Source: Klebsormidium nitens
Lineage: Eukaryota; Plantae; Klebsormidiophyceae
Assembly: GCA_000708835.1 (NCBI GenBank)
Contig: DF237437.1
Span: forward strand, 6,679 to 70,678
Reading direction: 5' to 3'
Length of the DNA: 64,000 nt
The translations under genes were made by a program, and so were the position numbers. Every line of letters starts with the position of its first letter. Within the stretch, counting starts at the first letter, position 1. The notes beneath the pieces are model-generated. The model saw nothing but the letters and a program-made list of their open reading frames with translations. It did no database searches and was not told the DNA's origin. Below are positions 51,642 through 62,013 of the stretch, one piece after another.

Positions 51642-54089
51642 GGTGTCGACGACTGGTGCCCAAAATAAGTTTGACTATGTCCCAGTGATTATGCCCGCTT
51701 TCTCAGCACCACATGCCAACTGCTCGGTCTTTCTCTTTGATTTCGCAGCCGCTATCCCTTATACCAAGAGCCAAAAGAATAACCCCACCCACTTGCTGGG
51801 AGAGAAAAAGAATAAAAAGAATGCCCATACAAAATTGATTGCCCAAAGGCTGCCACCGCCGTAACCTATGCTCTCAAGCCCGTGCACACACAAAGGAAGT
51901 TTCTTGGCTTGCTGTCTCTTTCTTGACAAGATGGACAGAACCGACTTTCCTCCTATCTTTTTCAAGAGATTAGTATGCTGTAAGCTCCTCTAATATGCTC
52001 GGGACTGATCGTAAATTGAATTCTTTGCAGTGCCTGTCATATTGCTTGTCGCATCGCTGTCTTGTCTCCCATCTCTTTCAGATGCACCTTTCGCTACAGG
52101 ATGAAAAAGCTGACGTTAGAAACAAGGTGCCGTTTTAAGACCAGCTAATCCTCGTCCTCTTTCTCCAGACTTCCCTCCCCTTTCCTTTCCCCGCTTCAAA
52201 GTCCATAGATGGAGTATGGCACGTCTTCAAATGTCAAAACAACATGCACCCTTGTCCATCATGACCACTCTGAAGCAACAAGACGCCCAGCTAGCGGCTA
52301 AGCACAAGCTCAACGAAAAATTCGGAAAATGACTGACACCCCATATGAACTTAAATTTAGAAGCGCATCCGACTCCGAGTCAGCCCCAAGTCAGAATGGA
52401 GACAGCTGGCACCATTTGGCGGGTGTACTGACCCGGCGTTCCCTGATTCGTTGCTCAAGATTCTCTGCCGCCGACGTGGAACCTTCGGCAAATCGACGGA
52501 CGAGAACCTCAAGCGGGGTTGATGGACCGTCGATTGTGAGCGAAGAAGGTGAAGCGACGCGTATGGTACTTGCACAGCCATGATGGTCTCGATGGTGGAG
52601 TCGGCTCATTTGAGAAGGAGCTCATGGCTGTCTCTCACATTAATTAGGTATTCCGACCCTTCAAACTCCTGATCCCGATGGAGACAAGAAAAGGCTCCCG
52701 TGTGCATTCTGATCAGCTTTCGTCCAATGGCTGAAAAGCGGAGGGTAGATACGTAAAGCTGATTCTGCCTTCTGAAGAAGTTTGGTTGCATTCCAGTAGC
52801 CTGTTGACCAGGCTAAACGTACCATGCTTCGTACGGCAGAACTTCGAGTGCAGTTCAGCTGAGAACAAAGCACGACTCATGTTTCGCCATTGGACTATCA
52901 GCTTGATTTTTCAGCATAGACAAGACCGCCATCTCATCAGCTGCCGCGCTGAGCCAATGATCCAGCTGACCAACTTCGCGCAGCAACCGTGACATTGCTG
53001 GACATCAGTTTTATATGCGCAAGATTCCCTATTCATGATTCTTACAGACTCATCACCTCTCTCCCTCCGATTAGCTGTGCCATCCAGTTTGTGGAGGCAC
53101 GGAAGAGTTGAAGCCAGTTTACGGTGCTTGTAGACGTTCTGAAATCTGAAAGAGGAACCTCCTGGGATCGACTTTCGAAATACATTGTGCTCTGTCGATA
53201 AGTCAAGTGCAGGGGAAAGGGGGCCATTTGGTTACCACATTAACGTTCTGTGCTGCCCAACAGCGCGTCTGGGCGAGATGATTGACTAAAAAGAAACTTC
53301 TGATGATCAGAGTCGAGGTTAGCTTTCAGACGCTGTGCTGAGAACACATCGGCCAAGGAAGATGACAGGTCGAGTAACAGTTTGCCCCATCTGAAAGGTT
53401 GTTTAGAAGGCACAATCTGTGACACGCCCAACCAGGGGCATGTCTGTACAAAGAAGTATCAGCAGGAGAGGGTCTACATAGTCTGAGCGATCTTTTGCGC
53501 GTTGGATCAGGAGTGCCGGATGAGAAATCACTTTTAAGATCTGGTGAACGGGGCTCCTGCCAAGGGGTGTCTTTGAGCTTCGAACGGAGGTTTCTCCTGC
53601 GTCAGTTGGATCAGATGCACCCTGCAAGCCAGTCTTTGTGAGCAGCAATGTGGAATCAGGTAAGAAGGTGCTCGAAAGTCGAGTGAATGGCAAGCTTTGG
53701 AGGCCAGCCAATAATTCAGAGTTTCTGACTTATCAAAGGGCTGGCAAAACTGAAGGGAAGGGTATGCAGACGCGGTTGGATTGGACAATCAAGCCATTGG
53801 TTATGATCCTCATGATTGTGGCTAGCACGTGCACTGCTTGGTCATCCCACCACATCAGGTGGCCCCGAAAATTTACTTACACAAATCTGTGGTGGTTTTG
53901 CCAGTACAAGTCCTCAGAATTTCGTTAAGTGGCTCAGCCCTCCTCTGCAATCAAGAGCGGAAAGAAGATTCGAAGGCCAACACAAATCCATTTCCCAACA
54001 GCCCACAAAGCTCCATAAGCAGGCAACGTCGATCCAGACGTTTGCAAGAGGGCCATGCAACCCATACTCAGTATTTCGAGGGAGCAAAG

Positions 54090-57000
54090 ATGTCAAAGGT
54101 CATTGATGTTCCGAGAAAGCGTCAGAACGCTGGTCCTGTTAGCTTCTCCTCTCACACAAACGTAAGGCTGAGGGCATAGAAGGGCGTCATGAAACAGAGT
54201 CCGTTCACAAGCTCATGGTCTCGAACAACCCCGTGCGCGCAGGCCGCTCTCTGGAGCGACCCCGAGTTGGAGGGATGGTTAGAGAAGCGCGGGGGCAAGT
54301 ACAGCGGGTGGAAGAAGCGCTACTTCGTGCTGCAGTCCAGCCTGCTCTTCTACTTCACCAGCGAGGCCAAGGTGGGGACGGTCTCAACGAATTGAGGGAA
54401 CCGAAAAAAGTCGCGTCGAGCATTCGGAAAACGGTCAGCAACAAGAGTTGATCCGAGCAGACGAAGGGGCCTTTGGAAAACCGTCAGCAACAAGAGTTAA
54501 TCCGAGCAGACGGAGAGGGGACGGAGCGAAGAGGACGATACAGTCAACGCAACAAGGTCTTGAGAGTCTCAAAGCGTAGTCTTTTGCGAAGCCGGGGAGG
54601 TCAATACTATTATTGAGGAGATTGACAGTTGGTGGGGTGCCTGTTCGACCGTCGGATTTTGTGACGCAGTCTGCTCCTGTAATTTGAACCGTACAATCTG
54701 GTCACTTCGAGCACCTTGCTCGTCCGCAAGTCTCTCCTCTTCTTACACAACGCCCTTGTTTCGACAGCTTCGAGCTGGCAATAGGTTACTAAATTTCCCC
54801 TCGGCCTCCATTATCCGCAGGACAAGGGCCCCACAGGCGTTCTCCCGTTGGAAGGCTCCACCGTGACGATTGCTGATGAGGCCGCGGCCGGGAGCAAGCA
54901 CCACTTTGCGTTTGTCCTGAAGCTCGCGCCCAATTATGGCGACGTGGCCAAGCGGGACACGTACGTGCTGGCAGCGGACAAATACACCGGCCTGGTGAGA
55001 AGGGAAAAGGGTTCAACGGATCTTTAATGGAAATTTTTAAGTCACCGGTAAATCTTGCCCATGAAAATGCTCAAGTCAATCGTAAATCTTATTTGCCCAT
55101 GATCACGATAATCAAGTGCTCGTACGTGATAAAAACGTTTTCCCCATGATCGCAAACTTCGAGTGCTCATACGTGAAAGAAAGAGCGGACTGGTGAGGGA
55201 AGGGAGCGATCCGATCGACTTGCCCGCTCCATAGGCACGGAGCTTCAATTCGTTTTCCTAATCATTGCAGAATCGATTATATGTAGCTTATGTATAGATA
55301 ATGACGTCCAATTATTGAAAGTTGAAGTCGCTCAAAGTTAGAAGAAACGCGCAAAGGAACATGAGAGATACTGATCTTTGCTGCTGAGTCTGATTTCGTC
55401 TGAAGCTCGAGCCCAAAAACGCAGTCGAGCTCGAGCGAGTCTGCAAAAAACTCTCCTAGTGGAATGGTCGCCTCCGGTTTGTGCGTGCACTGTTCTCCGT
55501 TGTCAACTTCGTGACGCTTCAAAGCGCAGACTAGCGCACCTTTCTTTCGACGTTGCCAAGAAAATTTCTTTCTGATGTCAAATCGTAAGAACGCCTAGAT
55601 AAACTATCTGATATATGCCCACTTTTTGCTTCGGTCGTTTCAGCCATATTCAATCTATGCTTTTCTGACTTCGTAACACAAGATTCGAGCTTTTCGGTGT
55701 TAAGCCTCCGACTCAAGCCCCCATTTCTACTTGCAGGACGAGTGGATGCAGAAGCTCACAAGGGCCGCAGACTCTAGGGCGTACCTCGTTGGTGAGTTCC
55801 GTCATACACTGAGGAAACTCAGCTTGAACACAGAACTGTCGGTTCGCCTTTTGCTTGACACCCCGCTTCGAGGATGATAGCACATGGCAAGATGCACGGC
55901 TCTCCTTCCTTCAGAAATCGGCGCTGAATACTTTTCGCAAATCAGGGTCCATATCGTATTTTGGGGGCGTATCGCATATGCTTCTATCATTTAGTGGGCT
56001 TCCACCGTCCATTTTCAATCGACTTCCGAGCATACCTTTGACTTGGATCACGAAAACTCTGGTCAAAGAGACGTACAACTGCGTTGAATTCGCCCAAATC
56101 AACTGTTTTCGGCTGTGCAGGCGAGTTGCAGCGGCTGCGCGCGCGCTCGGGCGAGTTGAAGGCGCTGCTGCAGCGGTCGCGGTCGCACATGGCGCTCATG
56201 GCGGCCGCGTCGTCCGCCAGCGAAACCTCGAAAGCCCTGCAGGTCAGGCCCTCCCCGCTTGTACTGTTTGCTTGATTACGGGGGACGTCTTTATCGATGA
56301 TAGTTGACGCTCCTGTGTTTCTGAGCGAGGGCCTGTGCCACGCTCAGTTGCGAAGAAGGGGCGTTGATCGCCTCGTATATACATTCTCGGCCGGTCTCGG
56401 CATGTGACCACAAGCCAGGTCTTTGAACAACCTGTTGAAGTAGAGAACAAGAGGCTCTTTGAGAAAGACGAGGAATGTACCGCAGGATCACCTCAAAATA
56501 ATGTCCGTATCACTCGGATCCTCTTCGCGAGGCAAACAAGTATCCCCCAGTCGAAAGGGCGAAGCCCTTTTCGAGCGTGCCGTCTGGGAAGGCACCGCTT
56601 CGTAAGCTCTTAGCGACGTCAAGGGCTTTCAACACCACAACCTACTCTGACCTTTCGCTCGTTCGTGCAGGCGGAGCTGGACCGGGCACGTGCCGAGCTG
56701 GAGCAGTACAACGGCGTGACGGCAAATGCCGTGACCCAGGCTGACCAGCAGGAGGCGGCCATCTTGCGGGCGGCGTCGCGCTGCTCCGTCCTCGGACACT
56801 ACGCAACAGGTGCGGACGTCCGAACGCGCTCACAGATTTGCGTGAAATATGACAGAATACAAAGTATGAAAGTGCCCACAGAGAATTGCGTGATGGTTGT
56901 CTTAGCCAGGGTCGATGACAAAACGAGTCGCCCTCTGTGGATACACAGTCCACAGGGTGGCTTAGAAGGGAAAATGCTGGTGTCTTTCGCAACCTGGCAA

Positions 57001-59372
57001 GTGTGATCCATAAGGAAGCAAAGCACGAACCCCGTAGAAAGAACCGCTTTGTTGACTTCTCTGCCCAATAAACGGCTTCGCAGAAAGCAATGTGCCACCC
57101 AAAAGGAAGCAAAGCTGGGGTTGCTCAAGAAGAGGACGTAACGGCCAGCTGATTGACGGAGCTTGAATCAAGCATTCGGATTCAGCAGGAGTTCCATTTG
57201 ATGGTAGCGGTACGCTGGCATCTCATTAAGCTATTAACCTAGCGCCTCAGTAGAATCGACGAAAAACGTGGATTGGGTGGAAATAGCAAGCGGACGCCTG
57301 GCACGGCTCGACACGTTTGAGGCCCAGCCGTTTGTTCTCGACGAAATCTTATCAGGCGATGTTGCAAAACCCTATTGGCATCCTTCGGTTTCTAGGAAAC
57401 TTTCTCCTGAGGTAACGGACGAAGCCTCAAGGCCGGTCTCGTCTGGTAATCAACACCGCTGTACACCCCTTTCAGGCGGAAGCATGGCTGGCGAGGCCCC
57501 CGCTGTGAATGCGCTCCGAATGGAAGCGCAGAGCCTGGAGGAGGTCCTCGCGCTCCTGCAATCCAAAGTGGCCGCGCTCCGAGGCGACGGCGCCGAAACT
57601 CTAAGCGGCGACGCGCGGCGGCAGCTGCAGGGCGTCGCGCGTGGCGCACTCGCGGCGCTGCAGCAGCGCCAGGCGGGCGCACGCGCGAGCAGCGCGCAGT
57701 CGCGCGCGAGCAGCGCGGGGGGCAGCGTCAGCTCGAGCTTTGGCGGGGTGTTCAGCCGCGCGGGCAGCGCGACGAGCTCCGTTGGCGCGCGTTCTTCCGG
57801 GGGGGCAAGTATCGCCTCTATTCCGGAGGGGGTGGAGGAGGGAGACGCGCCGAGCGGGCTGCTCGCGCAGCTGCAGCTCAAGTCGAAGCAGATGGGGGTG
57901 GGACAGCAACCACAGGCGGGGCGACCGTCCGCGGGGTCGTTCACAGGGGTGCAGTCGCCGAATGTGTCCCCCCCATCTTTTACAGCACCCCCGCCCGCTC
58001 CGCTCGGTCTGCAACCCCCCAAGATGCCTCAGTTTGGTGCCCCCGGAGCTCCCCCCCGGGCTGTAAACAACGGCGGCTGGCAGGCGGGCTATGCCAAGGA
58101 GGGCTTCCCGGGCGTCGACGCCATCCGACAGCTCAACCCCACACCTGTCGCGGCCGCGCCCGCGCCCATGGTCCGCCCAACCCTCCCTCAAACCCTTAGC
58201 CCTCCGAGTTCTGTCCCCGCTTTCGGTGCCCGCCCCGTTGCGCCTTCGGCGCTTCAACCGGGCTTCGCGAACCCCGGCCTTAACCCCGGCCTTAACCCCG
58301 GTCTTAACCCGGGCTTTAGCCCCGGACTGACCCCCGGCCTCACCCCAGGACTCACCCCCGGTCTTAACCCTGGTCTTAACCCTGGGTTTCCGAGCCGCCC
58401 AGTTGCTCCAAACGGGTTCAACATGGCTTCCGTGGCAAGCCAGCCGGTGGTTAGACCGCCCCTCGCTCCACCCCAAGCCCCAGCGGCACCAGTAAAGACC
58501 GGGGGATCCCTCGCGGAGCAACTGGCGGCACGTGCCGGAAATCTCAAGTCTGCGACATCTTCCCCACCGCCAGGTGAGACAGTACATCTATCTGGAATAA
58601 TAATTTCTTCATCTGATGACCAATGAGTTCTGTTCTGAAGCCCGTAATCAATGGGATTCTGGTGCACATGATTGAGTGAGTCTCGCATCAAGAGAAGTTT
58701 TTTAGCGGAAGGTTGATCCTGGCGCTCTTCCGGAGGGTAGCCTAGAAACAGGGTGCTGAATCTATCTTCGTGTAATTAGTCAGCAGCACGCGAACGCGTG
58801 GCCGGTATGAACCGGCGTAGGATAGATTCGAGTTCGTCCGCATCGGAACATCGTCTAGTCCAGGACATGGCTGTTTATGGAATGCGTTGTACAAGCAACC
58901 GGTGCAGGAGCGTCGCGTATGCTCCTCCCATCCAGATCAAAAAGAACTCAGAACGAAGACGACGACTTCGCAATACACAAAGCTGGAAGTCTTCGGCCCA
59001 GTGCCACCGGAATCGGGGCTGCAATCCCAGGAAGTTTTTACTGTGAGATAAGCAAACGCGCCGAATGGATCGCGAAAGCCCGCCCAAATGCTTCACCTCT
59101 CCTCTGCGCCAGTTGCGGCCCCTCCCGTCCCCAACCGAGCGCCTGCCCCTGCCATTAAAGGCCGTGGCGGGCCGCCTCCCCCGCCCCCCCCCATGCCGAC
59201 CCCAGAAGAAGCCGCGGCGTTTGTGAAGGGGAAGGCGGCCGCGGCCGCGCCCCCCGCGCCCGCGCGACCGAACGGCACTTCGAACGCCCCAGCCAGCAGG
59301 CCTGGGGGAGGAGTGAACCTAGCCGACCAACTGAGAATGAAGGTGCTGAGCAGGAGAGTAGCGGACGAATAA
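54090..59372 (+). CDS. PH-domain protein with coiled coil, Pro-rich region and two WH2-like motifs, ~8-9 exons
   Basis: Exons ~54090-54161, 54243-54371, 54821-54994, 55737-55791, 56121-56241, 56671-56809, 57476-58573, an optional ~58890-59040 and 59112-59372. PH: LEGWLEKRGGKYSGWKKRYFVLQSSLLFYF...PTGVLPLEGSTV...FAFVL...YVLAAD...DEWMQKL. Heptad helices follow, then poly-Pro and the motifs GGSLAEQLAARAGNLKSA and GGVNLADQLRMKVLSRRV. Confidence 0.85.
54428..54513. repeat. Intronic direct repeat, ~37 bp x2 with ~49-bp period
   Basis: gaaaac(g/c)gtcagcaacaagagtt(g/a)atccgagcagacg at ~54428 and ~54477. Confidence 0.75.
58270..58389 (+). repeat. Coding 12-bp x10 tandem repeat, (N/S/T)PG(L/F) tetrapeptide
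   Basis: NPGL NPGL NPGL NPGF SPGL TPGL TPGL TPGL NPGL NPGF over 120 bp, with synonymous third-position variation between units. Confidence 0.9.
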
Positions 59373-59881
59373 CGCGATGAAACGTCGGAAGCACTTGATA
59401 CGGACGTGCGAAGAGAGTTGAGTGAAGATGTTCGATTGGAAACGCATAAGAATCCGAAAAGCGGAGCAGGACTACCAGAGCTAGGGCTACGACCTTTCAG
59501 TTACGGTTCTATATTGTGGGAGACACTTTATGGCAGAGGCCGCGGACGTTTGCATGCACCATGAGCATGACCAGTATACCTCGCCGTGCACTGTGGCGGC
59601 CGGGCCAGTGATCTCGCGGACTCTCCACCAGTGGAGGAGGGGGCGGCAAATTCTTCGAAGCTCCCTATATGTTTCGAGAGGTGGCCGCCGCCGCCGGCGG
59701 TCACTGCAAACTTAGCTTGATGCCGCGCGTTGAACGAAGTTTTTTCACGCCAAGCCGTCGAATCTAACAAGTGCATGAATTGCGTGCGGAACGCGCGCGC
59801 GGCTATAAAAGGGACTGCACGTCGTCCGGTCATGCTCGAGGGGACGCTGGTATACTTACATGCCGCCGGCGCGTGCTACAT

Positions 59882-60011
59882 TGTCATGCGATATAGGCTC
59901 GACATGCGATTGGACTCGGCAAACTAGAGCGGAACGTGTTGCATTGGTAAAGCGTTAAATTTACATGATGTATCATGCGGGACTTATGGAATTCATATTC
60001 ATTCATTATCA
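59882..60011 (-). repeat. LTR-like 130-bp repeat, copy A (TG...CA termini), outer end of the element
   Basis: TGTCATGCGATATAGG...ATTCATTATCA on the plus strand. It differs from copy B only by a 2-bp indel, a 1-bp indel and the terminal base. Confidence 0.8.
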
Positions 60012-60989
60012 GGGACGGAGGGTTTCTTTCAAGAGAGAAAAGCCCTTAGTGAGGGTAGAAGTTATGTGGCTGAACAAGTTGAGATCTTGGAGTCACTCGT
60101 GCTAACATTCAAGGCTATCCTCACCTTACCCGCAATTGTCCGTCCTTTCGGAGGCACAGCCCGCAAGAATGGTCGTGGTGCGCAATCAGTGTTTTGGATG
60201 TCCAAAATGGTCAAGCATGAGCAAACGACAAACATAGGCACATGGCACTTACTGATTGAAAGATGGCGTCGCCGGAGGCATGAGACATTCTGAGATGAAA
60301 CGAGGGTGTAACGCTGAAGGCTTATAAGGCCGGTTAAATTACTGTCGTGTTCGTACTGTTATTCTGGTTAAGTTCTCCGCGAGGTCCTTCTGCTTCCGTG
60401 GTGTTGTCGTCGCTGGTACGGTACTGCTCCTTTGGTTCCGCCGATAGTACTGGCAATTGATTGAGTGCTCACGGCACTCGGATGCACTGGGTTGAACGCT
60501 CAAGGCGCTCGGATGCTGGGTTGGGCACGGGTGCCCGCTGGTGATGGATAATTGACTTGAATGAAAGTCGAATTGGAAATGGCGATGCCAATTGACTTAA
60601 GTACCTTGTGGAGACTTGCTTGAGTTTGGATGTCCAAAAGCATTGTCATGATGAAAATGGACTGCATGCTAATGTTGGGTTCGTACCTGGGTCCGTCACG
60701 GTTACACAACCGGTAAAATAGCCTCCGGGTATGTACCCTTAGAATGTTGTGGAAACGTCCTAGGATTGAATCCGGCAATTATAGGGATTCAGCGAATGCA
60801 ACTGGCTAATGGACGTCCAATGGAATGCGTCCGTTTGTCATCCTGTTCTGGCATGTTCGCTAGTTAAGGTACGGTTATTCTAATCATGAACAAGTCTGCT
60901 TAACCTAGTACTTGCACGATTGCGCCACGTGTTGCACGCTTACAGGCTAGTCGAGGCGACCTGGCACCGAGGGCATATGGCATGACAGC

Positions 60990-61120
60990 TGTCATGCGAT
61001 ATAGGCTCGACATGCGATATTGGACTCGGCAAACTAGAGCGGAACGTGTGCATTGGTAAAGCGTTAAATTTACATGATGTATCATGCGGGACTTATGGAA
61101 TTCATATTCATTCATTATCC
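60990..61120 (-). repeat. LTR-like 131-bp repeat, copy B, adjacent to the polypurine tract
   Basis: Same orientation as copy A, 1108 bp away, and abutting a 7-G run on the minus strand. Confidence 0.8.
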
Positions 61121-61381
61121 CCCCCTAAGCCACCGAGTTGTACCAATGAGGGATTAGGCTTGTGATTGTGCAAGGAATAACGAGTGACAGTTTCACTGCC
61201 CACGGGCATCAGTTGATTGTTCCTAGATTACGGCGGCGTTCATTGATTCAATTCTAGCAAATGCTCTCAGTGGACCTAACGAATTGCCTGACTCTGCTGC
61301 CACCACTTAAGTATGGCATCGGCTCTGACCCGAGATCACGGAGCGGGGGCGTGGGAGTAGGTAATCCTCTAGATATCACTG

Positions 61382-61960
61382 TTATATGTTGCCGTATCTT
61401 TCTACAAAATTTTGGGCACATTTTGTTGTGCGATCATTCTCTCCTGCGCTGACTTGTTTCTCAATGAACTCTAGCATAACATTCCTTGGGGGAGTGCTCA
61501 TGCGGCGTGTGATTACAACATTTTGGGGATAGTGCTCTGCGCAGTCACGAAGTTCCTGAAATAATTCGGCCCGCGGGCACTGTAGCAGCAGAAACTGACG
61601 CATAGTAATTGGTGTGCAATGCATCTCGTTGTTTCGTTCGAGTACTTCCAACTCTCTATACATTTTATCTACGAGGGCATACCATTGGTAGTTGGTATGC
61701 ACCAAAACTTTTACCTGATCATGCCACTGATTAACTCGCCAGGCGAGTTGTGCTTTCTTGTTTGGCCAGAAGCCATGTTCCCACTTAAATGCGGTCATTT
61801 TTCTGTTGTTGTCGTAGGAGACGTCATCAGGGCAGGCTGGTGGTATGGGTGTGTTGTCAATGGGCGCGAGCTCGTTAAACGGTATGGGCTCAGGCGGTGG
61901 TCCCCAACCTGATGAGGTTGGTTGCCTGGTTGTTTCCTGAGGTGCAGAGCTGGACGCCAT
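61382..61960 (-). CDS. Retrotransposon extra ORF downstream of pol, 192 aa, unknown function
   Basis: Intact ATG-to-stop ORF in good start context (accATGg), lying between the integrase stop (62014) and the polypurine tract. It has a Pro-rich N-terminus and a Trp/Tyr-rich helical core with no obvious TM segment. Confidence 0.7.
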   Translation of the reverse strand: MASSSAPQETTRQPTSSGWGPPPEPIPFNELAPIDNTPIPPACPDDVSYDNNRKMTAFKWEHGFWPNKKAQLAWRVNQWHDQVKVLVHTNYQWYALVDKMYRELEVLERNNEMHCTPITMRQFLLLQCPRAELFQELRDCAEHYPQNVVITRRMSTPPRNVMLEFIEKQVSAGENDRTTKCAQNFVERYGNI

Positions 61961-62013
61961 GGTTCCTGCAGATATAATACAGCATCTTTGTTATTCCCCC
62001 CCTTACTGAGCAC

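Noticed and set aside
52329-53930. Several short ORFs with protein-like stretches between the lipase and PH genes
   Set aside because: The frames are broken by stops and I could not recognise a family or a consistent exon chain. A decayed gene or TE cannot be excluded without a search.
57450-58587. Long minus-strand ORFs (190 aa and 328 aa)
   Set aside because: They are antisense shadows of the GC-rich, repeat-containing exon of the PH protein and have no independent motifs.
60500-60778. 92-aa ORF between the two LTR-like repeats
   Set aside because: It is short, starts at a non-ATG codon and has no recognisable motif.
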